A DNA stretch of 64,000 nucleotides from Lepidodermella squamata (GCA_047495785.1 JBLDXI010000054.1:2976001-3040000); one strand, 5' to 3'; counted from the stretch's first letter, positions 23,547 through 37,178 are shown. Program-made: numbers and translations. The notes: generated from the letters alone by a model not told the origin.

Positions 23547-25933
23547 ATGTGTCTATCATCGTTGTTACAAGAATTCAACAACCCACCTGTCCGATCTACG
23601 TTACAGCCGCTTGATTTGAACCCAGCCTCAACGCCGGCTAACTTTCGCATCGAGGCCGATACATGGCTGCGAACCATGCTCGTCTTCTACAGCCTTAACG
23701 CCCGTCTTAATCATTTAACCGGTGACTGGCCTGAAGAATACTGGATGAGCAGGCTGCCTAAATCGGTTAAAGAACAGCCTCTGACGCAACTCAGCATACC
23801 TGGTTATTAGCTAAAATGAGGAATTTCGCGAAATTTCAATTATTAATTTAGGTTCTCACGATTCTTTCGCTTATTGGCTGGATACGGAAGACAAAGGCCC
23901 TTTGGCGCCTGATTTACCAAATTCGCTCAAGTTAGATTCGATTTTTTTCTGCATTTTTTTTTATTTTTTCAATTTTTTTTTCAAGTGCATTCGCTAGTAT
24001 TTTATCAAGTCTTTTACCTACGGTGAAATTTGTACTGCATAATTGGTCAAAAACGCAACAGCTCACTTTTGTCGAGCAGCTAACTGCGGGTTAATTTTCG
24101 AAAAAATTATAAAATTTTTCTCACACAAAAAACAACTTTCCCAAGGTGTTAGATATTTCGATTGTCGAGCTGGTTATCACCCACCGAGCAAAAAAATTCG
24201 ATTCCTCCACGGGTTATGGGTAAAGTAAAGGGGAATTTCAATAAATTCCTCCTTAATTTATTTTTATATTAGGGACCTGAGGTGTTGGAGGAATTGGCGA
24301 AATTGCCGGCTTTTCTCGACAGTCACCCCGGTGAGGTGATAATACTCGACTTCAACCATCTGTACCTGATGACGCCGCAAGATCACGCAACCTTGGTCGA
24401 TACAATAACGTCAACAATCGGCAAATACCTAATACCATTTCATGAATATTCACATGCGAATGGCACGATGAGAAGTTTGAAGAACTTGACGCTAGCTAAT
24501 ATTGCTAAACAATCGCCGCGTCAAGTTATCGTTAATTACTTGGCACTTGTAGGTGTTAAACTGTCGAAAAATGTCTTCTGGCCGTCGTTTACTGTTCAAT
24601 CATTTTGGCCCGAGACAACCGATGTACAGGACATGGTGAACCTGCTCGATGATAGCTATCGATCGAGGAAAAATACAAGGCGTAATAGGACATCAACTGA
24701 ACCACCGGGCTATTTCTACGTTTATCAGGTAACATACTTTCTTTCATAAAATTATTATTTCCAGCAAAACAATGATTAAAAGAGCCAGGGTTAAGGTTAC
24801 TATTAGGGTTAGGGTTAGGGTTAGGGTTAGGGTTAGAGCTTGATAAGGGTTCAGGGTTCAGGGTTAAGGGTTAAGGTTAAGGGTAAGGTTAAGTTATTAA
24901 GATCGATTTTCGAGTTTTTCCAAAGTTCCATATTAGGGCTCTTGCACGATTTTCAAGCGGAAAATGTTTCGAAATCTCGTTTTCTGTTTTAAAAACCGAA
25001 AACGAGTCTGCTGGAATTTCCTTTACCGAAACATTATTTTTAGTCTTTCGCTTCTCTCTGAAGGAGAAGCCCAAGAAATCGCCCGAAGGCTCATTGAATG
25101 TTCCCACGCACGGAAATCTTTAGTAAAAGGCGAAAGATTTGTACGTTTTGCGCGGAAACCAGAGTACTTAAATTTAATTTGAAATTTTAGCCCGTTTTAA
25201 GGTGGAATCCACGTAGGAAACCCAACTAATTATCATATTCGAACAACACTTCAATGATCGAGCCTCGCCGCGGGGCGCACCTTTTTTGTCACTCAGATAC
25301 TCAGTAAAATCTCAGTAAAATCTCTGTAAAATGTCAGAACCTCGAAAGAATTTCAAAACTCGTCGCTACAAAACGTCTCTAGTGTTTCGCAATCATGCCC
25401 ATACGGGTGACTTGGGCTACAATGTACCTTCAGTACCCTTAGTCATGTCGTAAATCTATCAATTGCTAGGTATCGAAAAATCACTGTTTTACACAATCGA
25501 TATCGGCTCTTCAGACTGAATTTTAACTGTAAGGTACTGTAAGATATACTGTAACATAGACTTTAAACTCTACCTATATTTTAGGAAAGTTCAGTTCTGG
25601 AACCAAAACTGTTGGTTCACCCTTAGGTGTATTTCAAAATTTTAAATGTAAAATGCATTTTAAAAACATTTAAAATTTTCAGGTTGATATATGCACATTT
25701 TTAAAAGCACATCTGTCTTGTTTTAGGGTATTTTAACCCCGGATGGCGATGCAATAGCGAATAACATATTGGGAAGCTTGTACGACACGGCTGTGCCGAG
25801 CGCCACGTCGTCGATGGTTCATTGGCTGGCGACGAAACGTAACAATCGCGACGGCGTCATCAACATCTGCATAGTCGATGGCGTCGAAACTTTCAACTTC
25901 CTGCCTACCGTTGTTGCTATGAACATATTTTGA
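23547..25933 (+). CDS. PI-PLC X domain-containing protein (PLCXD-like), multi-exon
   Basis: WMSRLP...LTQLSIPG/SHDS, QLTAG/VRYFDCR, FLDSHPGEVIILDFNH; last exon GILTP...NICIVD. Start codon inferred. Confidence 0.85.
24787..24893 (+). repeat. Interstitial (TTAGGG)n tract in a PLCXD intron
   Basis: Five perfect TTAGGG units at 24803-24832 with degenerate units on both sides. Confidence 0.85.
25050..25167 (-). ncRNA. U5: U5 snRNA (intronic, antisense to PLCXD)
   Basis: GTACTCTGGTTTC...AAATCTTTCGCCTTTTACTAAAGATTTCCGTG with the invariant loop I GCCUUUUAC; Sm-like GATTTCTTGG; 3' hairpin. Confidence 0.92.
25191..25222 (-). promoter_or_regulatory. Conserved U5 upstream element (PSE-like) GGTTTCCTACGTGGATTCCACCTTAAAACGGG
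   Basis: Recurs at about -55..-24 upstream of the U5 copies at 27042, 41738, 43937, 52199, 54398 and 61408. Confidence 0.7.
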
Positions 25934-26628
25934 GGAGCGGGGTTGAATTTTTAATAATTATTTGACTGTACAGCCTCGCTAGCGACGCAGCATAACGTTC
26001 CATTTGACGGTAAACCCATCTTACCATTGTTGTCTTGTATACGGTAGATGATTAACTGTAATTTCGTGAATTTTTTGTTTTGTCGAACTCTGTGAAGGTC
26101 GAAACTGTCTCACGCCGAACATTTTTTGTGGAACCGTGCATCGGTCGTACTCGTAAGCCGAAAATCTTTGTACGCCGGAAGCATTCTTCGGATCCGTAGC
26201 CCTTCTCGATGACCGGTTTCACTGCACTGAGTAAATTTTCTTTGCTACATGAAGTATTGCTGGCGCATTCCTAGTTACCTTCCAATATAATGTTAGGCCA
26301 CGTCGTTAGCGACCTCGTCAAAAGAATGACGCATTTATTTTTTTGAAAAATGAGTGAATTTGGTGGGAGTTTCGAAGAAAATAAAGGATGATAGTGTGAA
26401 TCGGTGGACCGTTTTGTCATATTGTTTGAGACAATTTTTCAGCCTCTTATAAGGTTCCTTTTTAGATTAATACGGGATTTTAAGCCGTGATAGTCATGGT
26501 TGCCAATGAGTATAGAGTGCACGACGAAAATGTTACACCCCAGAGTCTTACTAACGATCGATTGACCAATCAGCGTGCGCTTCATAGTGGTTGCACAGTG
26601 CATTGTTTTCGATTCCCGGATGCAAGCT

Positions 26629-26700
26629 GCCCTTGTGGCCTAATGGCAAGGCGTCGGCCTCCTAAGCCGAAGATTGCGGGTTCGAGTCCCGCCGGGGGTG
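26629..26700 (+). tRNA. tRNA-Arg(CCT)
   Basis: Cloverleaf; A box TGGCCTAATGG; B box GGTTCGAGTCC; anticodon loop CT-CCT-AA. Confidence 0.9.
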
Positions 26701-26924
26701 CAATATTTTTGCAAGCTCCTGCGGTTTTATCGCACAAGTTGAAATGTCCTATGTCTCATGATTCTGTTGAGCTTAAAATTTGGTGAGAACATTACATGGA
26801 AGACACTGATTGCTTTTTCCAAAAAACTATATCTCGGTATATGGATTTGCCATGATTCGATTACAAATAATTTTCCGTTAGCTTCCAGCTTCCAACTTAA
26901 AATAGTTATTTTCGTTATTTATTC

Positions 26925-27042
26925 GCTTCTCTCTGAATGAGAGGCCCAAGAAATCGCCCGAAGGCTCATTGAATGTTCCCACGCACGGAAATCTTTAGTA
27001 AAAGGCGAAAGATTTGTTCGTTTTGCGCGGAAACCAGAGTAC
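26925..27042 (-). ncRNA. U5: U5 snRNA
   Basis: Loop I GCCTTTTAC, Sm-like site, upstream PSE-like element. Confidence 0.9.
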
Positions 27043-27732
27043 TCAGCATTAGTTCAACATGTCAGCCCGTTTTAAGGTGGTATCCACTTAGGACACCCAA
27101 CTCATTAGCATATTAGAACTACTTTAATGATCGAGCCCCCGCACTTTTTTGCCACTCAGATTCTCAGTAACCACATTGCCCAACCTGAGAAGAATTTAAA
27201 AACTCGTTGACTAGTCACTACAAAACGTTTATAGTGTTGCGTAATCATACAGGATTCCCATACCGGTGACTTGGGTTCTGTTAGCCATTAACATCCGTTA
27301 AACATCTCATATGAAACATGAAACACTCCGCCAGAAAACAGCCCAAAAATTCATTTTATTTTTATTTAATTTATAATTCTTGCAATTTTATTTTGCTATA
27401 TTATATATGAAAATTCCTCCATTTCATGAGATAAAACCCTATTTTTGAAAAATTAATACATTGGTTGCTTCTAGTAGGAAGTTCTCAAATAAGCAGGGAT
27501 ATTTGGGCTGTTTTCTGGCGGAGCGTCTCATATATCAAACCATAATCAAATCATTGGACTGTTTTTTACTCTCCGCTGGAAACTTAAAAGTTGAGGCAAC
27601 TGATGAAACCTGATAAGACCGCATCTGTATGATCACAAACACCTGAGCTACTCAAGTCGCCGTAGACCAGCGGTCTTGGGAAAAGGCAGTAACAGGGCAA
27701 AAAACATGGAAAAATTTCATAGCGAAAAATGT

Positions 27733-27805
27733 CGAGGCTGCCAGGAGTCGAACCTGGAATCTTCTGATCCGTAGTCAGACGCGTTGTCCATTGCGCCACA
27801 ACCCC
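27733..27805 (-). tRNA. tRNA-Arg(ACG)
   Basis: Cloverleaf; anticodon ACG. Confidence 0.9.
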
Positions 27806-28046
27806 ACTTCGGTAATACAGTTTCGAGAACGGCTCTTCATACCATCTATCAAATGGTAGTCATCACGCAATATAATGGATAAAGCTCTAGTCCAGCATCC
27901 AGCGTGGTCAGTTATCGCAAGCACGAAATATGATCACCTGTAGTAACATGCTAAAACTACTGTTTTTTAATCAAACCATATGCTTTTTCATATTCCAGCA
28001 CGGTAATTGATTATACAGGCATTTCAGATCAACGCGCAGTCGAGCA

Positions 28047-28119
28047 GCCCGGTTAGCTCAGTCGGTAGAGCATGGGACTCTTAATCCCAGGGTCGTGGGT
28101 TCGAGCCCCACATCGGGCG
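28047..28119 (+). tRNA. tRNA-Lys(CTT)
   Basis: Canonical GCCCGGTTAGCTCAGTCGGTAGAGC...; anticodon CTT. Confidence 0.93.
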
Positions 28120-28632
28120 ACTTGATTTTTAATGTTTGATTAAAAATAGGTTTTTCCGTGAATAATCGTGCAAAAACATGGGCTCTTTTTGGCAGGGAAT
28201 CTAACCCTGGTCTCCCGCGTGTCAGGCGAGACGGCCCAGAAACGCGACATGATTCGCACGTGCCACATTGTGTGCCACCTGACACTGTCAATTGCCTGTT
28301 TTCAATAAAAATTATGTCTCACACGATTACGCTGTTCACATGTTTAATCTAAGTTTGCTGAGCAGCATGTAAGGGTTATTTTTCAAGCCCAATCTGAGCA
28401 CGGTGTATTTGCCGTAGCAGTAATATTATCACAATTCTTACCTATTGAGATTACCAGTCATTTTTTCCCTTTACTGTCCCAGAATATATATTGCTTTCTA
28501 ATTAGATGAACTGGGAATTATTATTGAAGGGATTATGAAATTTCATTTTCATTTTCTTATGCTAGTGAACCGATATATAGATTTGAGTATGATTTCATTT
28601 CTGCTTATATAGGATAAAGATAACACCATCAC

Positions 28633-31600
28633 ATGATATTTATCCTAATCGCTGTGGCAATCGGTTTTCTAGTCCAGGCTTCGACGCTTCCCCACGATGA
28701 TGCCGTAACTCTTCCTGACATTTATGATTATCCATCCGACATAACAACAACAACGACAGCAACAACACGGATAACGACACGGAAAAACAGTGATTCCCCA
28801 GTTTCATCCCTCGATGCTATCATCATCGCCGACTCTGTTGAAAGGCTGAAAAAGGAAGCTGCTGAACAGACAAGCGACGGCTGGAGGTGGCTGGAAAATT
28901 GGAAGAACACGAACGGTGACACGCCTCTTCATTTGGCAGCCAGATTCGGGGCAGTTAACGTCACGTCATTCTTACTCGATGAGATCAAAGCTGATGTAAA
29001 TATCACAAATAGTAAGGGCGAACTGCCGCTTCACCTGGCCTGCGCCAACGGTCATTTGAACGTCGCGAAAACACTGATCGAACACGCAGAGAAACTCAAC
29101 CTGACAACCGGTCAAATGATCGACGCTGTGAACGAGGAAAATCAAACGCCGTTAATCTACGCCGTCAAATCCAAATCTCCCAATGTTTTATCAATTATTG
29201 AGCTTCTCCTAGGAAAAAACGCGAATAGATTTGTTGTAGATTTGAACGAAGATTCTGCGCTAACGCTCGCGTTGGCTGGCGAAGACAAAGCAGTCCTCAA
29301 CGCTCTGGTTAAAATTGGTGATACAGAAGTTAGATCAATTCGTCCCAACAGGTTTTCAACGTCTCATTACATTGCTGGTAACAATTTGGTCAGTTTTCTG
29401 GACGATAGCTTTGCGTCGATAAGCTTTGATATTTATGCGCGTGATGAAAATGGCAACACACCCCTGTGTTACGCAGTTCGCACCGGCTCGTTCGAGTTCA
29501 TCAAGAAGTATTTCCAGACAAATCGAGACAAGATTAAGCCTGAAGCTCTTACATCAATGCAATGTCAGTATACGATTAACATCAAGGATCCAGTGGCCAA
29601 GTCGAAAGGAATCGGAAGTCCGCTTCACCTCGCCGCATTTCTCCGACTTCAACCGATGGTCTTATTACAGACAAAGCTGAAGTTGGGCAAAACCATTCAA
29701 GACGCGTCGGGTGGTAATCCGATTCACGCTATGGCTCGCTTATCAGACAATGATGCCAAGCTGATTACTATCGGAACCAGTGCAGAAGAAGCTGTTTTGA
29801 GGAAGATCAGTCAATTTAATCAAATGATGCTGTTCGATGAAGATCAATCGGGTATGACGCCCTTTTTACTCGCTGTGGCGAGCGGGGCTAATCGATTTGC
29901 TCAACTTCTGGCGAATGACGAATTCTCGTCCGATAAAACAGCGGTTGACCACCGCGGTTACACAGCTCTCCATTTAGCACAATCGATTGAAATAATTCGT
30001 GATCTCAAGGCAGAATTTCGATCCGTTGACGTAGTCGCGAAATCTGACGGAATGACGCCACTCCTTGTTGCGATTGCTCAAAAGAAGCCAATTGAACTCA
30101 TCCGCTACCTTGTTAACGACTGCAGTGCTAATCTATCATTCGTGAACAGCGTTGGCGAAACCGCGGCACACTTGGCCGTTAAGTCTGACTATTTCCAGTT
30201 TATTGAAGAATTCGGTGATAAGTTGAAATTGGACGTGTTCAATTCTGAGGGCATGACGCCCCTTATCTGTGCCATCGCGTATAATCGAAGCCGATTCGCC
30301 GAAGAATTGCTCAAGCACTCAGACGATCTCATGAGGATACCGAATTCGTTAACCGGCGAAAACGCGCTACACGCAGCAGTTTCGAGTCGCAACTTGGAAA
30401 CTCTCGACAAGTTAGCTGCCTCAGGAGATATTCTCAATCTGACGGCTCAGCGCAACAATGAGCAGCAAACACCGCTGGACCTCGCTATTGAGCTCGATCT
30501 ACCAAATGCCATTGGCGTGCTGGTTAAATTTAACCCTGGCGCTCTTCTTGAGCCAGATTCGTTCGGAAATCTCATTTTACATAAAACAGCTCAATGTTTC
30601 GCTCCACACAGCTTGGCAAATCTTGAAATGATGCTGTCAAAATTGAACGAGAGTTATCTTAGATCAGCTCTGGATGCGAAAAACTCAGATGGGAAGACCA
30701 TGTTGTGGATGGCCGTCGAGCAAAACTGCGTTCCTATGGTTAACATGCTGCTGAGCAAGTTCAAGGCAACTTGTGAGGACAATGACGATGGAGATTCGCC
30801 GAAATTGTGGGCAACGGCTGCGGGTTTCAACCAAATGGCTGAGCTGCTGGGAAGTTTCAGCAATTGTGCCTTTTCACCTCAACTGATGGAGTCCTGCGTG
30901 GGTAATGCAGCAAGTATGTTTCAAAATTTTTAATATCACCGAAAATAAGTGAAATAGGAAGTGGCTTTTGGATTTGTACCATTGTTAGATTTTGATGCCA
31001 CTTTCAAGATCTATTAACGAGAAGTCGAACTTTATGAAACAGGGGTTGATATTCATCAGGGTTGCTGAGAAAATGGGCTTCAAAGTTTACGAGCGATAAA
31101 ATATTAATTTTAAAAATGCGTGCCCAAAAAATTGAGCTTTCAATTGGATCAGTTAATAATCCCCCACGCAACAAATTTTCTATTTTCTTCGCTATTTTCT
31201 TCGGCACAGTCGACGTTTCTTAGAGAAATCTGAGGTGGGGATTTCAGAATTTTTGTTAGGATTAAGCTGGTGTCTCTATGTCAACCTGAATCAATAACAC
31301 TTTTCGGGCCACTCTGAGGTTTACCGTATGTTAAGAAGGATGGGAGCATATCCTATGAGTCTGCAATTCGAAAATTTAAAATCCTCAACAAAAACTGAGT
31401 AACAGCATCTAGGAATCAAAGAATCGTAATTCTTCAAGTGATCACAGTTTTAGCGATTTGCTGAAAAATACAGAAAACTCGCCACTCGCCAAACCCCACA
31501 TTTCACTTATTTTCGGTCATATTAAGGATTATTAGTTGCTTAAATCCTTAATTTATATGCGTATTACTTTTATTTCACTTCCTATTGGAGCAGGGTCCCA

Positions 31601-34600
31601 GCGGCGACCAAAGCTTATACTGAACGGTCGTATCAAATACAAAGGATGCTACGGAGTCATAGAATGCGACGAAACATCGAAGCTAGTCGGTTCTGACGCT
31701 GTTCAATTCGCAAACAACTCATGGAGAATCGCCGGAAAATGCGCTAAGAGTAAAATAATGAGTTTTCCCATAGCATTAAATACAACCTCCGGTATAATCA
31801 TTAAATTAGGCTGCAAAGAAGAGATCCCACTTCCGTCTAACGCTATTTTGGCGACAGATCTCTCGGACTACAACTCTGCAGGAACATTGCTGACCTTTGA
31901 TTGCTGGCCTGACTACAATCTAGATGGCCCGAATACAATAATATGTCTGGAAGATGGCAAGTGGTCGCAGCCTGGACGTTGCGTTGAAAAATGTAAGCAA
32001 TAACAACCTACCGTATTTTATTGAATAGTATCCAACCTCAAATAATAGCCCCCTCGAATAATAGCCACAAAAATGCATCCAAATATTGGGTCCAAAGGTT
32101 AACAATAGCCCACCTCGAATAATAGCCACATTCCATATAGTAATATCAATAGGTCTAGTATGATCAGCTCATGTAGAAAGAATGGGCGAGGTGGCTAGCG
32201 TGCCAGAAGAAAATTGAGACGTAGAGAAGAGAGAAAGTGCGACAACGAGGAAGATAACTACAGTGCATTTAAGCTTAATTACAGCGACAAAAAGGAATAT
32301 ATTCAAGCTAAAAATGACTAAAAATGTCTGTTGAAGTGATGATTTAACGTTTTAGGATAAATAATAGCTTGCCTTGAATAAAAGCCCCCTCGAATAATAG
32401 CCCGATTTTTCTCACTACTTTTCAAGTTCGAATAAAAATAATATCCCAGGATACTATTCGATAAAATACGGTATATCTTGTTTTAAAATATTTCCCTTTG
32501 TTTCTAGTGTGCGAGCAGGCTATAACTGTACCGCCGAATGTTGAATTGGTTGAGTTCAATCCCGATGAACCAGCAGCAGTTGGCACTGTTGTTGCGTTCA
32601 GCTGTCTTGAGCCATACGAGCTGAAAGGGCCTGGTTATTTCACTTGTTTGAGCAGTGGCGAGTGGTCTTCGACTGGCCAATGCGTTGAAAGTAACATCTT
32701 GAATTATATTTTCCTTATTGAGTTAATTCATGCTGGTTTTTCTTCGTAGGGGTGAAATGTGGAGTCCCGACTGCGCCCGCTGATGCTCATATTGCAGCCG
32801 ATTCTACATCTTCCGCTAGTCATTACACAGTTGGCGCCACTGCCAAGTTTGAGTGCAACAGGTACTTCAAGCCAGCGCTAGACACTCTGAACCCATCGGT
32901 CACCTGTCTCGCCAACGGTGAATGGTCTAAAAGCAGCTTGGTTTGCCTACGTATATCGTGCCCTGGCCCATATTTCCTGGCTCAAGCTACTGAGCGGAAG
33001 TCGGCCTATCAGCCCGAGGAAGTTTTTACGTTCAGTTGCCAAGCTGGTTATTCCACAAAGTGCCGGAAGTCTGAATTATCCGCAAAATGTCTGAGCGATG
33101 GCACTTGGTCTTCGATGCCAAACTGCCGCTGCGTCAAAGGTGAATAATTGCTTGCTGTGGGATATGCGTGTAGTGATTTTGTGCGTGTAGTAACCTGCAG
33201 TGCACCAACAGCGCCACTACAAGCGACCACAGTGAAATCGCAGACAGTCTATAGTCTTGGCGACGTTGCTCAGTTTGAATGCCTTGATGGCTACGTCACT
33301 AAGAATCCTCCGTCCAGCTGTCGAGTGGAGTGCATGAGCACTGGCACGTGGTCGCCAATCGGCGACTGTAAATGCGAACCAGGTATTTCATTTCTCATTC
33401 GTAATCCAGAATTCTGCACAGCTCATTTCAGTACAATGTTCCGCGCCGACTCCACCTGCCAATACTGTGTTGCTACACGCCCGCTCCGTTTACTCATCTA
33501 ATGAAAGTGTGAGTTTTAAATGTGAAAGTGGTTACGAGTCGAGTTACGACCCAGGCGACTGCCAAACAACCTGTCAAGCCAATGGCCGTTGGTCCGAGAC
33601 GCCGTACTGTAAATGCACAAGAGGTTAGTTGTGCGGTTAGTTAGTACCTTGTATATCATGGCTCAACGTATTTTCAAGTCATGACCTGTGCATCACTGCC
33701 ATCGCCGCCAGAACATGCATCCTACATGGAAGGCACTCAGCGCTTTGGAACATTTGCGATTGGAAAGCAAGCAGTACTATTGTGCAAGTCTGGGTATACT
33801 TCAAGTGGGTCAGACGCTATCACCTGCCAGCCTGACGGAACATGGAGCGCAATTCACCTACGCTGCGCCAAGAGTAAGCAAATTTTTTGCTTCATTTTAT
33901 TGCGTCCTGTAATTTCAATTTTGTTTTAAAGTCTATTTTTACTGAGCTAGTAAACTAAACAGGCACTGAAATTCAAGATTATTTATTCCTAGGGCAATGC
34001 GCCGCGCCTAGAGCGCCAGCAAACGCAAGAATCTTCAACGCGCAGTCAACTTACAACTCAGGCGATAGTATTATTTTCGAGTGTAACGGCGGGTACAAAT
34101 ATCGGTATGACTCGACTGGCTGTGCGGCCCGCTGCAAGAACGATGGACTGTGGACGGCAACACCAAACTGCGAATGCATCAAGGTATAATTTCCGAGTAT
34201 CTTTCTCTTCTGCGATCCTACCTTTTATTTCTGACTTCAATCTCGAATACCTTAAATATTTGGATAAAATCAAGGAATTTTACACATTGAAGTCAGGGCC
34301 TGTTCGGACCTGTTCGGACAGGCCTGTCCGAACAGGCCATTATTTTTACGTGTCAGTCCCAAAATTCGACCCCAGATTATTTCATTTTCTGAAAGAGGCT
34401 TGAATTATAAAATCAATAGTCGATGTCTCGGATTTTTCGGGTGCACCCATATCAAGTATTAACCAAAAATCTGATACGCATCTATGCGTATGCCGCTTTA
34501 CGGATCCGTCCACTCCTCTACTTCGAGAGGTCTGGAAAAACATCCACAGGGTGGGCTCTTTTGTCGAACGATTCGGGTCGGAAAATACCCCCCGTTCGAG

Positions 34601-37178
34601 GATCCTACTTCGTACACTGTTTTAATGAAATTCAGTGGATAAGCTTTATTTTCTCTTCGTGCTTTGCTGATTTTCTTTCTACTTTCTACGCTTTCTGATT
34701 CAGATACCTCTGGAGACCCTCTACAATCAGGTCTGGGAGGCTTGCACGAGCTCAGAAGAATCGAAAGTGGTTTCCGAGCTAATAAACCACATTGACGCGA
34801 CCACCGGCCACTGCTTCAATGCAAACTGGCGGAATTCGAATAATTACTCATCTACCTGCGGTTGTCCATCGACAAACAGCACATTATTCAGTCGAGCAGT
34901 GGCATGTACGAAAGGCTCAACTCTTAACAGAGAACGTCTGGCAATCGTTAAGATGCTGCTCGATCGCGGGGCTGATGTCGATGCTGTTGAGAATTTGAAT
35001 GCTACAACGCCGCTGATGTGGGCAGCGGGAAATGGTCACGCTGAAATTGTACGATTGCTGCTGCAGTACGGTGCCAGCGTTAATGCGAAAAGCAAACCTG
35101 GGTTTACGCCTCTCATGTTCGCAGCTTCGAACGGTAAAGAAGGGGCCACTCGTTTGTTGCTTGAAAGCGGCGCTGACGTTAATGCTAAGGACGGAAACGG
35201 CTGGACATCACTAATGTGCGCAACTTCTTACGGCTACCCTGAAGTCGTAAAAGTGTTATTGGACAAGGACGCTGATGTTGAGGCGAAAAACAACAACGGT
35301 TGGACACCATTGATGGATGCAGCGGCGAAAGGCCACATCGAAGTCATGCGATTGCTCATCAAAAATAATGCACAATTGAATGCACAGAAAAACGACGGTG
35401 CAACCGCATTATACGTCGTGGCTTCTGCAAATTTACCTAACGCCGCTCAGGAGCTGCTTGAGGGCGGAGCTGATGTCAATAAACCATCTAGCACTGGCTG
35501 GACGCCGTTAATGGCTGCATCTGGGAAAGGCAACATCGACGTGTTGCGATTATTGATCAAGCACAAGGCTCAGTTGGACTTTCAGAAAGATGACGGCGTT
35601 ACGGCTCTGAGAGTTGCTGTATCCAATAATCAGTCAAGAGCTACGCAGTTGCTGCTTGAAAGCGGGGCTGATGTCAATATACCAGCCAACACTAGCTGGA
35701 CGCCGTTGATGGCTGCAGCTGAAAAAGGCTACTCGGAAATTCTGCAATTGCTAATCAAGTACAACGCCCTGCTGAATGCTCAAAACAACGATGGGTCTAC
35801 GGCTTTGGTCATTGCCGCATATAGCGGGCAAGCAGGAGCGACGCAGGTCTTGCTTGAAGGCGGAGCTGGCGTTGAGACACCTGACAAAAATGGCAAGACA
35901 CCACTAATGAGCGCAACTTTTTACGGCTACCCTGAAGTCGTAAAAGTGTTATTGGACAAGGACGCTGATGTCGAGGCGAAAAACAACAACGGTTGGACAG
36001 CATTGATGCTTGCATCTTCATCAGACAAGGATGGCATTATGCGACTATTAATCAATCGCAACGCTCGATTGGACACTCAAAACACCGTGGGAGCAACTGC
36101 CTTGGACTTGGCTGCCGTCAACGGGCGTGCTAATGCAACCAAGTTGTTGATCTCAAGTGGAGCTGACATCAATAAACCAGACAACAATGGCTGGACACCA
36201 TTGATGGATGCAGCGGCGAAAGGCCACATCGAAGTCATGCGATTGCTCATCAAAAATAATGCACAATTGAATGCACAGAAAAACGACGGTGCAACCGCAT
36301 TATATGTCGTGGCTTCTGCAAATTTACCTAACGCCGCTCAGGAGCTGCTTGAGGGCGGAGCTGATGTCAATAAACCATCTAGCACTGGCTGGACGCCGTT
36401 AATGGCTGCATCTGGGAAAGGCAACATCGACGTGTTGCGATTATTGATCAAGCACAAGGCTCAGTTGGACTTTCAGAAAGATGACGGCGTTACGGCTCTG
36501 AGAGTTGCTGTATCCAATAATCAGTCAAGAGCTACGCAGTTGCTGCTTGAAAGCGGGGCTGATGTCAATAAGCCGGATAAAACGGGATGGACGCCCTTGA
36601 TGGATGCATCGGCCAAAGGCTACGTCGAAATAATGCGCTTGCTGATCAAGAAAAATGCGCTACTGAACATTCAAAAGCGCGATGGCTTCACTGCGTTGAT
36701 CATAGCTGCTTCAAAAAAGATGTCCAATGCGACGCAGTTGCTGATCGAAAGCGGCGCTCTTGTCGAAACTCGTGCAAGCAATGGCCGGAAAGCGCTAATG
36801 GAGGCCGCCGCAGTTGGTTGCGCAGAATGTGTCACACTTCTGATGAGAGGCAAAGCTGTTATCGATGCCGCTAATAATGCAGATGGGACAGCACTGTTGT
36901 TGGCCGCTCGCTTTGGCAACGTCGACATCGTTCGGATGCTCGCTGATGTTGGTGCGAACAGAAATGCTGTAGACTCGAATGGGAAAACAGCGCTGATTAC
37001 CGCTGCAGAAACTGGCAAGATTGAAGTCGTGCGGTTGTTACTAGAACGCGGCGTGAATGTAAATATTGTGACGCGTCTTGGCGAAACGGCACTGGACATG
37101 GCGGTGTGCCAAAACCATCAAGCAATTGCAAAGCTGCTGATTCGTTATCGTGCTCATCGAAATCGAATGTTATGCTGA
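28633..37178 (+). CDS. Predicted secreted ankyrin - sushi/CCP - ankyrin protein (~2,146 aa); exons 28633-30913, 31591-31749, 31810-31992, 32508-32690, 32750-33139, 33191-33382, 33432-33623, 33679-33873, 33993-34183, 34704-37178
   Basis: Signal peptide MIFILIAVAIGFLVQA; TPLH ankyrin repeats; phase-1 CCP exons (C-P...F.C..GY...C..G.W..C). All nine GT-AG junctions keep the frame. No TM segment seen. AATAAA at ~37354. Confidence 0.75.
30930..31525. mobile_element. TTAA-bounded TIR element in intron 1 of the ankyrin/CCP gene
   Basis: ttaatatcaccgaaaataagtgaaat ... atttcacttattttcggtcatattaa. Confidence 0.6.
32011..32471. mobile_element. Tc1/mariner-pogo type MITE (intronic)
   Basis: TA|CCGTATTTTATTGAATAGTATCC ... 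GGATACTATTCGATAAAATACGG|TA, with gaataatagcc subrepeats. Confidence 0.85.

Noticed and set aside
28185-28235. tRNA-Asp gene
   Set aside because: Only a decayed T-arm/anticodon-arm resemblance; too degenerate to call.
28633-30933. Stand-alone 766-aa ankyrin gene
   Set aside because: A good phase-1 donor (A|GTATGT at 30914) precedes the stop, which falls at the edge of an intronic TIR element; splicing to the CCP exons fits better.
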